A DNA stretch of 37,706 bases, taken from Octopus bimaculoides. Lineage: Eukaryota. Positions within the stretch are counted from its first letter, which is position 1. Every line of letters begins with the position of its first letter. Both the position numbers and the translations under genes were made by a program. Under the pieces are notes generated by a model, which was given only the letters and a program-made list of their open reading frames with translations, was not told the DNA's origin and did no database searches. The DNA lies in contig NC_068990.1 in the NCBI RefSeq assembly GCF_001194135.2, positions 41,770,540 through 41,808,245 of the forward strand, read 5' to 3'. Shown piece after piece: positions 10,619 to 22,690 of this stretch.

Positions 10619-11915
10619 GCATAAAATTCGTTTCGAAGATAATTGAAAAATATGGGAAGATTTCTTTCTCCTCTACTAAATTGTTACCTCGTTCATTGAA
10701 ATTTTGTTATATAGTTTTATATGTTATTATTTGTTATATATTTACATATTTTTTTAAACATATTTTATAATTTATATATAGTCTTTTTTTATATTTAATC
10801 TATTTCCGGGACAATTTTATATTTCGTTAGTCNNNNNNNNNNNNNNNNNNNNNNNNNNNNNNNNNNNNNNNNNNNNNNNNNNNNNNNNNNNNNNNNNNNN
10901 NNNNNNNNNNNNNNNNNNNNNNNNNNNNNNNNNNNNNNNNNNNNNNNNNNNNNNNNNNNNNNNNNNNNNNNNNNNNNNNNNNNNNNNNNNNNNNNNNNNN
11001 NNNNNNNNNNNNNNNNNNNNNNNNNNNNNNNNNNNNNNNNNNNNNNNNNNNNNNNNNNNNNNNNNNNNNNNNNNNNNNNNNNNNNNNNNNNNNNNNNNNN
11101 NNNNNNNNNNNNNNNNNNNNNNNNNNNNNNNNNNNNNNNNNNNNNNNNNNNNNNNNNNNNNNNNNNNNNNNNNNNNNNNNNNNNNNNNNNNNNNNNNNNN
11201 NNNNNNNNNNNNNNNNNNNNNNNNNNNNNNNNNNNNNAGAGAGAGAGAGAGAGAGAAATATATATACATATATACAGAGATACGAATGTATATGTGTATG
11301 TGTATTTTCAAAATCTTGTCGGTAGTTTAAGCTTACTGTGAAATTACGTCCCTTGGCTAAACTCCAGAGATTTAAACATTTGTGAATGGGGATCATACTG
11401 ATTGCTTTTCTCTTTGCTGTGATTCATCAGCGATCACCTACTTTCACATTCCAAACTGCTGAAGGAATAAAGCTTAGTTGTACTTATATGGCATGTAAAC
11501 AAAATTTTGACTAACAAACCTCATTTGTCAGAGTTTAAGCAATATCACACTAGTATTCTTATGTAAATTACGTTACTACAACACATAATCTTATCAATAT
11601 TTGTTTGTAAATAACCCAGTACTAATTTTTACAACAATTTGCGAAACAGACGTAAGCGATCGCTGAACAGGCTTATGTATGATGAATCTAAACAGCTTGA
11701 TCTTCATTCTTTATTGCTGAAAGTCATATGCTTTAACCATAGGACATAATTTCTCAGCGATATAATGTGCTTATGAAACATATTGACATGACTCTGTAAA
11801 TACATGTTTTGTTATTCATAGGTAATGTGTCATTGATATATGCATACGCTCATACACGCGCGCGCGCACAGGTATGTACATGTATATAATATATATATAT
11901 ATATACACACACATA

Positions 11916-12583
11916 GGCGCAGAAGTGGATATTAGATAAAAAGTTTGCTTCCCTACCACATCGTTCCGGTTTCATACTCACTGCGTGGCACCTGGGCAAA
12001 GGTCTTCAACTATAACCACGGGCCGACCAAATCCTTGAGAGTAGATTTGGTAGACGGAAACTGAAAGAAACTCGTCGTATATATATCTCTACCTATCTAT
12101 CTATTTATATACCCCCCCCCATATATATATATATATATATATATATANNNNNNNNNNNNNNNNNNNNNNNNNNNNNNNNNNNNNNNNNNNNNNNNNNNNN
12201 NNNNNNNNNNNNNNNNNNNNNNNNNNNNNNNNNNNNNNNNNNNNNNNNNNNNNNNNNNNNNNNNNNNNNNNNNNNNNNNNNNNNNNNNNNNNNNNNNNNN
12301 NNNNNNNNNNNNNNNNNNNNNNNNNNNNNNNNNNNNNNNNNNNNNNNNNNNNNNNNNNNNNNNNNNNNNNNNNNNNNNNNNNATATACACACACCTATGT
12401 GTGTGCCTTTGTGTCTGTGTTTTCTCCCACCCTCTACTGATTGGCAACACGTAGCAGTAAGTAAAATAAGTGCCAGGTTTAAAACCAAAATAAGTCCTGT
12501 GCCGATTTGTTCGACTAAAATCTTCCAAGACACTGCCCCAGCATAGCCGCAGTCTAATGACTGAAGCAGGCAAGAATAAAAGA
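11916..12583 (+). mobile_element. tRNA-derived SINE, family B (head and CORE-like domain at 11916-12080; 3' half at 12384-12583; gap between)
   Basis: Head GGCGCAG..CCACAT.GTTCCGG.TTCA..CACTGCGTGGCACC-TGGGCAA, then GGCCGACCAAA.CCTTG.GAGT.GATTTGGTAGACGGAAACTGAAAGAA. The 3' half, AATAAGT.C..GG..GATTTG.TCGACTAA..GCATAGCCGCAGTC.AATGACTGAA, matches other copies. It may be two copies across the gap. Confidence 0.8.
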
Positions 12584-12989
12584 TTCATATGTATATGTGT
12601 ACATGTATATATGTATGCATGTGTGTATGTGTGAGTGTGGTTGTGCATGTATGTGTGTGTGTGTGTAACAATGTAGATGTGTTTGCCTTTTGTAGGAAAG
12701 AAATATCCGAATCCATTGTTACTAATTCAATTATACGCATCTAGTCATCGGTGTGGTTCTAGTAATGGGATAATCCAAATTCATTCATCCTAAATAAGAC
12801 CTATAACATAGAACTAAACAATTCTTGTAAGCTTTCCATAAGATTTCCTTGTCTTGATTGTTGTTCTTATTGTGGAGCATCGTAGAAGTTTCTCACTATT
12901 TCACACGCACTTATATACGCAAGCCCGCGCGCACACAGGCACGCAACCATGCTCAGACACTCATAGAAACACACAAAAGCATGAACTCA

Positions 12990-13549
12990 CCGTTCGGTCT
13001 GGTGAGCTCGTCGTCTGCTAGAAGATAGTAGGGGTTTTCTCCCCTACTTGTAATATATACCAGGTGCAGATTGCCTCGATAACCAACAACCCTGGAGTTA
13101 AAAACGGTATTAACGTCGAACAGCCATATTGATGTTGTGATAAACATTACCTTTCAGTATAGTTACTACTTGTATCCCTTATAGAGATTACCTAACTAGC
13201 TACTTTCCTTGTTGCAAGATCAATGACTGGATTGTCGTTTAGGTTTCTATATATTACGAGTGAATTCCTGCAATCTCTAACTTTCGGGTGTTCACCACAG
13301 CCACTGAGCGCAAATTTCCCGAAACCATTTGATCTGGTGATCCCGTCGTCTGCTAGAAGATGGTAAGGCTTCCCTCCCCTGCTTGCAATATATAGCGGGT
13401 GCAGATTGCTTCGAAAACCAGCTGGAGGAGGCACTTGCTGGGGTTGAAAATTTGTAGCAACATCGACCAGCCATATTCATGTGGCGATAACCATTCTCAG
13501 TATTGTTACTACTTTTATCTCATAGAAATTTTCTAACTAGCTACTTTGC

Positions 13550-13551
<2 letters not shown>
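12990..13551. repeat. Diverged direct repeat pair (12990-13210 and 13325-13551) with a 114-bp spacer
   Basis: Manual alignment; identical blocks include CGTCGTCTGCTAGAAGAT, GGTGCAGATTGC, CAGCCATATT, GTTACTACTT and CTAACTAGCTACTTT. Confidence 0.9.

Positions 13552-13553
<2 letters not shown>

Positions 13554-13630
<77 letters not shown>
13554..13630. repeat. (CA)n microsatellite
   Basis: Direct reading; abuts a gap. Confidence 0.95.
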
Positions 13631-13794
13631 NNNNNNNNNNNNNNNNNNNNNNNNNNNNNNNNNNNNNNNNNNNNNNNNNNNNNNNNNNNNNNNNNNNNNN
13701 NNNNNNNNNNNNNNNNNNNNNNNNNNNNNNNNNNNNNNNNNNNNNNNNNNNNNNNNNNNNNNNNNNNNNNNNNNNNNNNNNNNNNNNNNNNNNN

Positions 13795-14220
13795 AGAAAA
13801 AAAGTTTGAGTCAAATATGTGAGGTCCCAAACGGGAGAATAACGCCTGAAATCGATTTTGAGTCCAAATTTTTTTAAAAGAAATCTATATTTTATTTTCG
13901 CTTATATGATAGATCTTGGTGACAGGAATCTATCCATGTTAGTTTTATGCAAAAATATTCGGTAGAAAAGTACTGAACTAAAAACCGGTGAAATGAAAAA
14001 GGCGATTAACGCCTGAAATCGACTCTGACTCCAAATATTATTCTTATTCCAAAAGAAATCTATATTTAAATTAAACTTTTCTGATAGATTTCAACTAGAG
14101 GAATTCGATGATGCCAATTATATCAAAATAAGTTTTAATATAAAAAGAACTACTGGGGTCAAATGTTCCGAAAAAAGTGGTAACGTCTAAAATCAAATTC
14201 AAAACCAAAATGTATTTTAA
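13795..14220. repeat. Degenerate tandem repeat, unit ~167-174 bp
   Basis: TAACGCCTGAAATCGA at 13840 and 14007 and TAACGTCTAAAATCAA at 14181; AAAAGAAATCTATATTT and TGATAGAT..GGAAT recur. Confidence 0.8.
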
Positions 14221-15401
14221 GGCTCGTGTACAGAAACTGCAGAACTGCAGTACCCCTTATTTCCACTCGATATTATCGATAACATTCAATATGAGTCCTT
14301 TTTTTTCTTGGATTCTTTCTTTATACTTGTACATTATATAATCCTTAAGCTTAATGTCAATATGAAAAAAATACAAAAATCCTTGTATAGAACTGTGCGC
14401 TTCACAGTTGGCTGTTGTGCGCATGCTCACATGTCCGAATATGAAGCTTCACACTAGGGAGAGAGAGCACTGCGTAAACGACAATGCTAGGTGAAAGGTA
14501 GTGTTTCTTTTTCACTCCGCGTGTTGTACTTGAAAACGTGTTTATATTCTTGAATGTGATAAAGTGTAGAATTAGACTGTTATCCTGCTTCCAGCTTCAG
14601 TGTTGCTGCCAGGATTTGAAAAATAGGGTACATTTCCTCCCTTATTTTGTGATTTGGGGTTTTTATTAAAAAAAAAAAAACAAGGGAGAATTCGCGGCGG
14701 TGTTCAGTGAACAAATTAAACACACTACCCGGCAGTGGCTAAAACGTGAACTGATCAAGTTTATGTATAAATATTCTTTCTATATATTTATTTCNNNNNN
14801 NNNNNNNNNNNNNNNNNNNNNNNNNNNNNNNNNNNNNNNNNNNNNNNNNNNNNNNNNNNNNNNNNNNNNNNNNNNNNNNNNNNNNNNNNNNNNNNNNNNN
14901 NNNNNNNNNNNNNNNNNNNNNNNNNNNNNNNNNNNNNNNNNNNNNNNNNNNNNNNNNNNNNNNNNNNNNNNNNNNNNNNNNNNNNNNNNNNNNNNNNNNN
15001 NNNNNNNNNNNNNNNNNNNNNNNNNNNNNNNNNNNNNNNNNNNNNNNNNNNNNNNNNNNNNNNNNNNNNNNNNNNNNNNNNNNNNNNNNNNNNNNNNNNN
15101 NNNNNNNNNNNNNNNNNNNNNNNNNNNNNNNNNNNNNNNNNNNNNNNNNNNNNNNNNNNNNNNNNNNNNNNNNNNNNNNNNNNNNNNNNNNNNNNNNNNN
15201 NNNNNNNNNNNNNNNNNNNNNNNNNNNNNNNNNNNNNNNNNNNNNNNNNNNNNNNNNNNNNNNNNNNNNNNNNNNNNNNNNNNNNNNNNNNNNNNNNNNN
15301 NNNNNNNNNNNNNNNNNNNNNNNNNNNNNNNNNNNNNNNNNNNNNNNNNNNNNNNNNNNNNNNNNNNNNNNNNNNNNNNNNNNNNNNNNNNNNNNNNNNN
15401 N

Positions 15402-15700
15402 CTTCTTCTTTCAAAAGAAAATTATATTTAAATTAAACTTTTCTGATAGATCTCGACTACAGGAATTCAATGGTGCTAATTATATATTAAAAAAAAAATT
15501 AATAAAATACTACTGGGGCCAAATGTGCGGAAAATGGTAGTAATGCCTTAAAGCAAATTCAAAACCTAAACATTTTGTTTTTGTGTAAAAATTTTGTTTT
15601 TGTTTAGCTCATATGATAGAGTGTCGTGGTGCTAATCTTTTCAAAAAAATATTCAAAATTTAAAAAAGTTATTATATAAGCTAAATATGCCAAAAGTACA
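15402..15700. repeat. Second cluster of the same ~170-bp-unit repeat
   Basis: 15402-15575 aligns in direct orientation to 14040-14215 (for example TATATTTAAATTAAACTTTTCTGATAGAT and CTACTGGGG.CAAATGT). Confidence 0.8.
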
Positions 15701-15741
15701 TTGAGCAATTTTCAGATAAAATTATCACTTATTGCTGTACT

Positions 15742-15868
15742 AAGACGACGAGCTGGCAAAGTCGTTAACACGCAGGGTGAAGACATTTTGTCTAGCTCTA
15801 CGTTCTGAGTTCAAATTCCACCAAGATTGTCTTTGCCTTTTATCTTTTCGGTACTCGATAAAATATGT
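15742..15868 (+). mobile_element. SINE family A, 3'-truncated and diverged
   Basis: AAGACGACGAGCTGGC head, box-B-like GAGTTCAAATTCC, then CTTTGCCTTT.ATC.TTTCGG..CGATAAAAT. Confidence 0.8.
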
Positions 15869-16549
15869 ACGTACATACGTTCTTATTGCAGAAAAATGTT
15901 ACTGAGGTTTAAAGTTTAATTATTTTCACCTAATCAGGAAACAGGATTTAGAAGCTGGCATTTTCTGCATGATAGTTGTCTATCACGAAATGAAAGCAGA
16001 ATTATTATACGAGGAGGAATTTTATTAAACAAATGAATACAAAGTATTACGATGACCTAAGTTTTATGAACTTCTAAAGCTCTTTAGAGTATCAACATGC
16101 ATGCGCCCGCACTTTACATTGTAAAAGTAATAAATATTCCTTTGCTAAAAAATATTTGAATTAAATGAAACCTGCCTGTAAATTTATTTCCTTTAAAATC
16201 AATAGTTTTAAAAATGTTATTCTCGGCTGCAATATTTTAAGTACAGTAGAATGTTAATTTTAAGTACATTTTAGTTTCCTTTAGAGGTGACGAATTGGAC
16301 AAATTCTACTGCAGAAATCTTGTTCTGTACTTTTCCAGGTGCAATGACGCAACTATATTAACATGTATACACCCGCATTTTTCATTCTAATATACATATA
16401 ATATACATATATGTGTGTCTATATAAGTATATTTGCATGTGCATACCATTTTCTTCTTTGTATTTGTTAGCATTTTTTTTTTCGAATGGGGGAACTGGTT
16501 TCTAGCAGAGAAACAAAAGCTGCTTCAATGGTGTTTCGAAAACAGCTTT

Positions 16550-17720
16550 CTATTCTATGGCTAAAATTCGTGCTAGCAGAGCTCTTTCTTTGCTGGAAAA
16601 AACCATAGCTTCTCCAGATTGTGTCTCAGGTATTTACTAACAATACCAAGTACACCAATGATTCTTAGTATGAATGTAAATAAATAATTATGATAGAGAT
16701 CATGGTAGATAAGCAGCAGATTTCGAAGCAGTTGCCCATCAATATTCTCTCTGCTGATTTTCGTTTCCTCTGAAATAACTGTCAGGTCTGATACATTAGT
16801 ACTGCATGGAAGTTTTGAAGGGAATATTCTACCAATATTCCATGTGCTGATTGATATGCATGCCTGATATGTATGCATAAATTCTTTAATGGGGTATTGT
16901 TTATAATTATATCAAGGCGCTCTTCTTATACAGATGGTTTTGTATATTGTTTGAGTAAACAACATGGTATCGCAGTGGAACGTTGTATCGCGTTTATATT
17001 TTTGGACAACTGATGATTACATGTATCATGTCCTTCACAGAAGAGTTGCATTGTCGAGCATTCTGAGATTTTAAGGGTTTCACTGTCTTGTTTCTTTATA
17101 TTTTGTATCGATCACTAACTATTGGATTATGACAGCAAAGCCTTCAAAATGTACTGCGATGTAGCGGTCGCGAGTTCAGGAGAGTCAATACTTCATGTGA
17201 ATATTGTCTTTTTACTAGTTAGAGGAAACAAACCCATACACGAGCTTTGATAGTATGGTTCATTTTTAGGTCTTTGTTGATATGAACTCTACACTTCTCG
17301 TTTTATGGAAAGTCAGCGGGAAATAAAGACTTCATCGCTTCTTGAGGAGTTCATTGCTGAGCTGCAGTAGGTAGTTCACTTCAGTTTCCAGCACTTGGCT
17401 AATGTATTTATTTTTGCTAATATTTTTTAGAAGGTGCTGTCTGAGTAATATCATACGGCATCAAAGCCTATCAGCACTAACCATAAACATCTACCGCTTT
17501 CTTTTTTGTTTTTTAGTTAAACCTTGTCGACATCGTTGTTTCTGCATTCACTGTCCCGATCTTGCAGATTTTTAATGTCAATTGAGGGGATTTCTTCAAT
17601 AGACAAGTCAAATATTCCAAATGTTGTTGTCAGTACGAGTTCGACGTATTGTCTTGTTAGTCTTGTGCAAAATACTTAGTCATTCTGTCGTTCTTTACAG
17701 TAATTTTATACAATGCATTC
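16550..17720 (-). mobile_element. Old R4/Dong-like retrotransposon fragment (post-RT region, CCHC knuckle, RLE)
   Basis: Broken minus frames give LVLTTTFGIFDLSIEEIPSIDIK, NDVDKV..GR.L, HFEGFAVIIQ..IDTKY, C..C...DMIHVIISCPK..RY.VPLRY.VV, and ENIDGQLLRNL...Y..Y.FTFI..IIGVLGIVSKYLRHNLEKL. Many stops and frameshifts. Confidence 0.85.
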
Positions 17721-18062
17721 ATTAATATCCTGTTATTTGTAGCATTCGTAGTGCATGTATACATTCACGCTTCTACTTATATGTTCATATGTATATATGT
17801 TTGCATGTACGTACACACGTTTGTATGTTTGCAGAGAAATCGGTCGGTTGGTAGAAAGGTTTGAACATCAATAAAACACTTTGTGATATTTTTCAATTCA
17901 CTGCACTCATTGTTCCAATACAGCTGAAGTCCAAATTTTAGGTTTTAGGCCATAAATTTACCACTTTTAGTGCAGCCCGTTATACATCCCACTCTTACAA
18001 CCCGGATTTTCTGCTGGTTCATGCGTAGCAGAGCCGAGAGGGTGTCTTTGTTTTCCTAACAG

Positions 18063-18126
18063 CTATAAGGGCACCAAAATATCTAGCGAAAAGTTAGCAC
18101 ACGCTTGTAGTATATCACCCTCGATT
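18063..18126 (+). CDS. Candidate 64-nt internal exon (unknown host gene)
   Basis: Acceptor TCTTTGTTTTCCTAACAG, donor ATT|GTAAGT; one open frame, YKGTKISSEKLAHACSISPSI (phase 2 to 0). No homology recognised. Confidence 0.25.
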
Positions 18127-18659
18127 GTAAGTCACGGCAGTAATTTATGTGTGTATTGTATGTGTGTACGAATGTATTACATTCCTTCACATGTGCTGAA
18201 CATTCACTCTCTAGTTTTTTAAACAAAGACCTTAAATGTGAGTGTGCGTATGAGCATGTATTTATGTATATTTATCTACACACACACACCCGCGCGTATA
18301 TATATAGATACGTGCATACATACATACATACATACATACATACATACATAAATACATACATATGCACTTACAGACATTCTTGTACACAGAAATAAGTACG
18401 AGCACGTGATTATTGCTTGTATAAAAGTGTGTGCGAACGTATGAATGTATGCGTGTGTGTGTGTGTGAGTACGTTGAATTTGTGTATGTTATGTGTGTGT
18501 GTGCTGGTACATGCGCACACACGTGTGTGTTTGTATGTGCGAGTGTACGTTGGAATATATTATATTAGAGTTCAGAACTTTGGCTCTTTGTTAGATTCCT
18601 TCTGTGCCATAGTCCCACTTCCTACCCTTACGTCCAACTGAGGTTAAGCTGAGTATGTG

Positions 18660-18663
<4 letters not shown>

Positions 18664-18735
<72 letters not shown>
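18664..18735. repeat. (GA)n microsatellite
   Basis: Direct reading of the sequence. Confidence 0.95.
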
Positions 18736-18736
<1 letters not shown>

Positions 18737-19126
18737 GGCTGGGGCGAAGTAAGAGTAGAAAGCGAGACAAAACATGGAAACATCTGAAAAAATAATAAAC
18801 ATCTTGCCATTGAAAAACAGAAAATTAAAAGAAATTAAAACAAATAGACGTCCGTAATTGCTGAATTGGGTGCCAAGTAGAGCTTAGGATGGGTGCATCT
18901 GTGAGGGCAGGACAACAACAGAACTACTGGGTGGGCAGAGGGAGGCTGACTGGCCTGGATGAGAACATAAACCGGAAGATGGGTAGATTAAGCGAGAAAT
19001 ATAAATAAAGCTTTAGAAGATAGACAAGTGAGAATGGCGGAACAAGATAAATATATTAGGAAATTATATATAGCGTTGTGTGCGTGCGTGTATATATAGA
19101 CATACATACATACATACATACATACT

Positions 19127-19161
<35 letters not shown>

Positions 19162-19872
19162 GTATACACACACACATCATCATATGTTTACATGCACAAA
19201 CACACAGGATATATATTTATAGTCCTATATGTATACATGTGTGTGTATGTATCGACATACATACATATACCTGTATATACATACATATATACACATAGGA
19301 TTATATATTCATTTGTATGTATATCTATATATATATATATATATATATACGGAGAGTGAGACAGACAGAGACACATACAAATTTATATACTTATGAATTT
19401 ATACGAATGTGTATATGTGTATGCGTGTGTGTGTGTGTGTGTGTGTATGTGTGTGCAATGTATACAATACACGCACACATACACACTTTTGTATAAATTC
19501 ATACACGTATATATGTGTGTGTGTGTATATATATACATACATATATATATGCACATACACGCACGTACACTCACACAAATACAGATATACGCACCTCACA
19601 TACGCATGTATAGAACTGAGGGTGATGTTATTGAATACTTGGTATGTATAAGTGTTTATATACACCAAGTAGAGGAGTGGGGGTGATGTAGCTGAATACT
19701 TGGGCGTACAGAAGTATTTATAAGTGTTTGTATTAGCTTTAAATAAAAGGTGTTTATGCTTCTGAATGTATAAATTTATTTCCATATATATATATATATA
19801 TATATATGTACATACATGTGTGTATATGTATACACATGCAGAAACGCACACACATTTATATATATATATATT

Positions 19873-20046
19873 CTGGGCATGTAGAGGAAGCTGATTACAC
19901 CGGCCCCAGGAATCAACTGGTTCTTATTCAATCGACCTAGACGAAATTTGAACTCAGAACGGAAGGACGGATGAAATGCAGCCACATATTTTGCTCGGTG
20001 TACAAATTTTGCTCGGTGTACAAATTTTGCTGCCAGCTCGTCGCTT
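19873..20046 (-). mobile_element. SINE family A, diverged, with an internal 18-bp tandem duplication
   Basis: GCCAGCTCGTCGCTT (reverse of the head), AATTTGAACTCAGAACG and ATCGACC.AG; ATTTTGCTCGGTGTACAA occurs twice at 19988-20023. Confidence 0.8.
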
Positions 20047-20690
20047 CCCTGACTTGATANNNNNNNNNNNNNNNNNNNNNNNNNNNNNNNNNNNNNNNNN
20101 NNNNNNNNNNNNNNNNNNNNNNNNNNNNNNNNNNNNNNNNNNNNNNNNNNNNNNNNNNNNNNNNNNNNNNNNNNNNNNNNNNNNNNNNNNNNNNNNNNNN
20201 NNNNNNNNNNNNNNNNNNNNNNNNNNNNNNNNNNNNNNNNNNNNNNNNNNNNNNNNNNNNNNNNNNNNNNNNNNNNNNNNNNNNNNNNNNNNNNNNNNNN
20301 NNNNNNNNNNNNNNNNNNNNNNNNNNNNNNNNNNNNNNNNNNNNNNNNNNNNNNNNNNNNNNNNNNNNNNNNNNNNNNNNNNNNNNNNNNNNNNNNNNNN
20401 NNNNNNNNNNNNNNNNNNNNNNNNNNNNNNNNNNNNNNNNNNNNNNNNNNNNNNNNNNNNNNNNNNNNNNNNNNNNNNNNNNNNNNNNNNNNNNNNNNNN
20501 NNNNNNNNNNNNNNNNNNNNNNNNNNNNNNNNNNNNNNNNNNNNNNNNNNNNNNNNNNNNNNNNNNNNNNNNNNNNNNNNNNNNNNNNNNNNNNNNNNNN
20601 NNNNNNNNNNNNNNNNNNNNNNNNNNNNNNNNNNNNNNNNNNNNNNNNNNNNNNNNNNNNNNNNNNNNNNNGTATACATATACGAAATTT

Positions 20691-20870
20691 GCACCCACCC
20701 CGAATATCGCTTCACAACGTTCCCATAACTTAGCGGTTCGTCATAAAGATCCGATAGAATAAGTACTAGGCTTACAAAGAATAAGTCCTGGGGTCGATTT
20801 GCTCGATTAAAGGTGGTGCTCCAGCATGGCCACAGTCAAATGACTGATACAAGTAAAAGAGAGAAGAGAA
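20691..20870 (+). mobile_element. SINE family B, 3' half (young-looking)
   Basis: TAACTTAGCGGTTCG..CCGATAGAATAAGTACTAGGCTTACAAAGAATAAGTCCTGGGGTCGATTTGCTCGA..GGTGCTCCAGCATGGCCACAGTCAAATGACTGA. Confidence 0.9.
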
Positions 20871-21192
20871 TATATATATATATATATTTACATATATATA
20901 TATACATATATATATACATATATGTATATAAATATCAAAAATTTTAATTTAAAAGAGAGTTTTGACGCTGTTATCCATTATTATTGAGGTTTATTCTTAT
21001 GTCAACATTTCTGTATAAGGCTATGTTTAACTGTCAAATTCAAGTCAAATATATAATTCACCTTACACATCTTCAGCGTAAAAGGTAAAGAACAAAAGGT
21101 AAACACCAAAAACATCGTCTCTAAGTCTAGTGTTATATTGGTAGCGATTAAATATTTTTCTCATCAACACATTGTGGAGATATCATCATATG

Positions 21193-21223
<31 letters not shown>

Positions 21224-21311
21224 TTTATTTAAAAGCAGCAGAAATATAACAAAAACAGCGTTACTCTAGAGTAACGGTTTTTTTGTTATATTTCTGCTGC
21301 TTTTAAATAAA
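21224..21311. repeat. 88-bp spacerless palindrome (42 of 44 bp paired)
   Basis: TTTATTTAAAAGCAGCAGAAATATAACAAAAACAGCGTTACTCT|AGAGTAACGGTTTTTTTGTTATATTTCTGCTGCTTTTAAATAAA; centre 21267/21268. Confidence 0.95.
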
Positions 21312-21638
21312 GCATATTACTCTACCTCTGGTATTTGAGTACTCTTTTTTCCACCTTGTTGCACATTTCATGTGCTTACTCCGGTATATATATATATATN
21401 NNNNNNNNNNNNNNNNNNNNNNNNNNNNNNNNNNNNNNNNNNNNNNNNNNNNNNNNNNNNNNNNNNNNNNNNNNNNNNNNNNNNNNNNNNNNNNNNNNNN
21501 NNNNNNNNNNNNNNNNNNNNNNNNNNNNNNNNNNNNNNNNNNNNNNNNNNNNNNNNNNNNNNNNNNNNNNNNNNNNNNNNNNNNNNNNNNNNNNNNNNNN
21601 NNNNNNNNNNNNNNNNNNNNNNNNNNNNNNNNNNNNNN

Positions 21639-21870
21639 CAGCATCGGTTGTCAATCGACGCTGGGGTGGGGACACGCACACACAAACATATACACACACA
21701 TACATATATATGTATATATATATATATAAATATATACGACGGGTTTCTTTCAGTTTCCGTCTACGAAATCCACTCACATGGCTTTGGTTGGCCCGAGTCT
21801 ATAGTAGAAGACACTTGCCCAAGGTGCCACGCAATGGGACTGAACCCGGGACCATGTGGTTGGTAAGCAA
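21639..21870 (-). mobile_element. SINE family B, 5' half with internal (TA/TG) tract
   Basis: Reverse complement reads TTGCTTACCAACCACATGGTCCCGGGTTCAGTCCCATTGCGTGGCACCTTGGGCAAGTGTCTTCTACTATAG (box-B-like GGTTCAGTCC, CORE-like CCTTGGGCAAG). Confidence 0.9.
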
Positions 21871-22605
21871 TATATATATATATATATATATATTTGTATA
21901 TATTATAGTTTGTTTCCATGTTCGGTTATAATACAATCGATTTTGTATTAGACTGAAATATTACTCAACAGTTTATCTGGAGTACATATACTTTTACAAG
22001 AGCAGAATTCCTCGAATACATAAGTGAACGTTTGTGTGTGTGCGTCTGTGTGTGTGCATCTGTGTGTGTGTGTGGTGGTGGTGGTGGTGGGGGAGTGAGA
22101 GTAAGTGCGTAAGCTTGCGCGTGTGTTCTCGATTGTAGAAAATAATTTATGTACGATGTATATGTGTTTGTATGAGAGAGTATTAATTTGCCTGACTTTG
22201 AGTGTAAATATATGCGTGCCTGTATATGTACTTTTAAATGTTCGTGTATATGTGTGTATATCTGTACGTGTGTATGCATTTGGTGCGCATATATGCTTGT
22301 TGATCTGTGTTCTCATTTGTTTGTGTGTAGGTGGGTGGACTCTTTCGGTGTGTTTTAGAGATCACGGTCAAGGCCTTATTGTAGGGGCCGCCTCCATGGG
22401 TATGTATGTCATGTATGTATGTGTCTGTATGTGCCGTACGTTTTCTCGTGCTAGGTATACGTGTGTTTTTGCGAATTTTCTGCCTATGGGTGTGTTTGCG
22501 TGGGCATGCGTGCAGCGGTACGCGTGCTTGCATCTATGGATGAGCGCTAAAGAAGATGCGAAAAGAATTAGAAAAACATTTGAAACACAGCATGAAATAA
22601 AATAG

Positions 22606-22651
22606 TGAAGATGATGATGATGATGACGATGACAACGACGACGACGACGAC

Positions 22652-22690
<39 letters not shown>

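Noticed and set aside
10057-10770. Y/I/C/V/H/T-rich ORFs here and at 18-19.9, 21.9-22.6, 26.0-26.6, 30.5-32.0 and 37.0-37.7 kb
   Set aside because: Translations of (TA)n, (CA)n and (TG)n tracts.
11916-11990. tRNA-like heads
   Set aside because: They are SINE heads without a cloverleaf; not tRNA genes.
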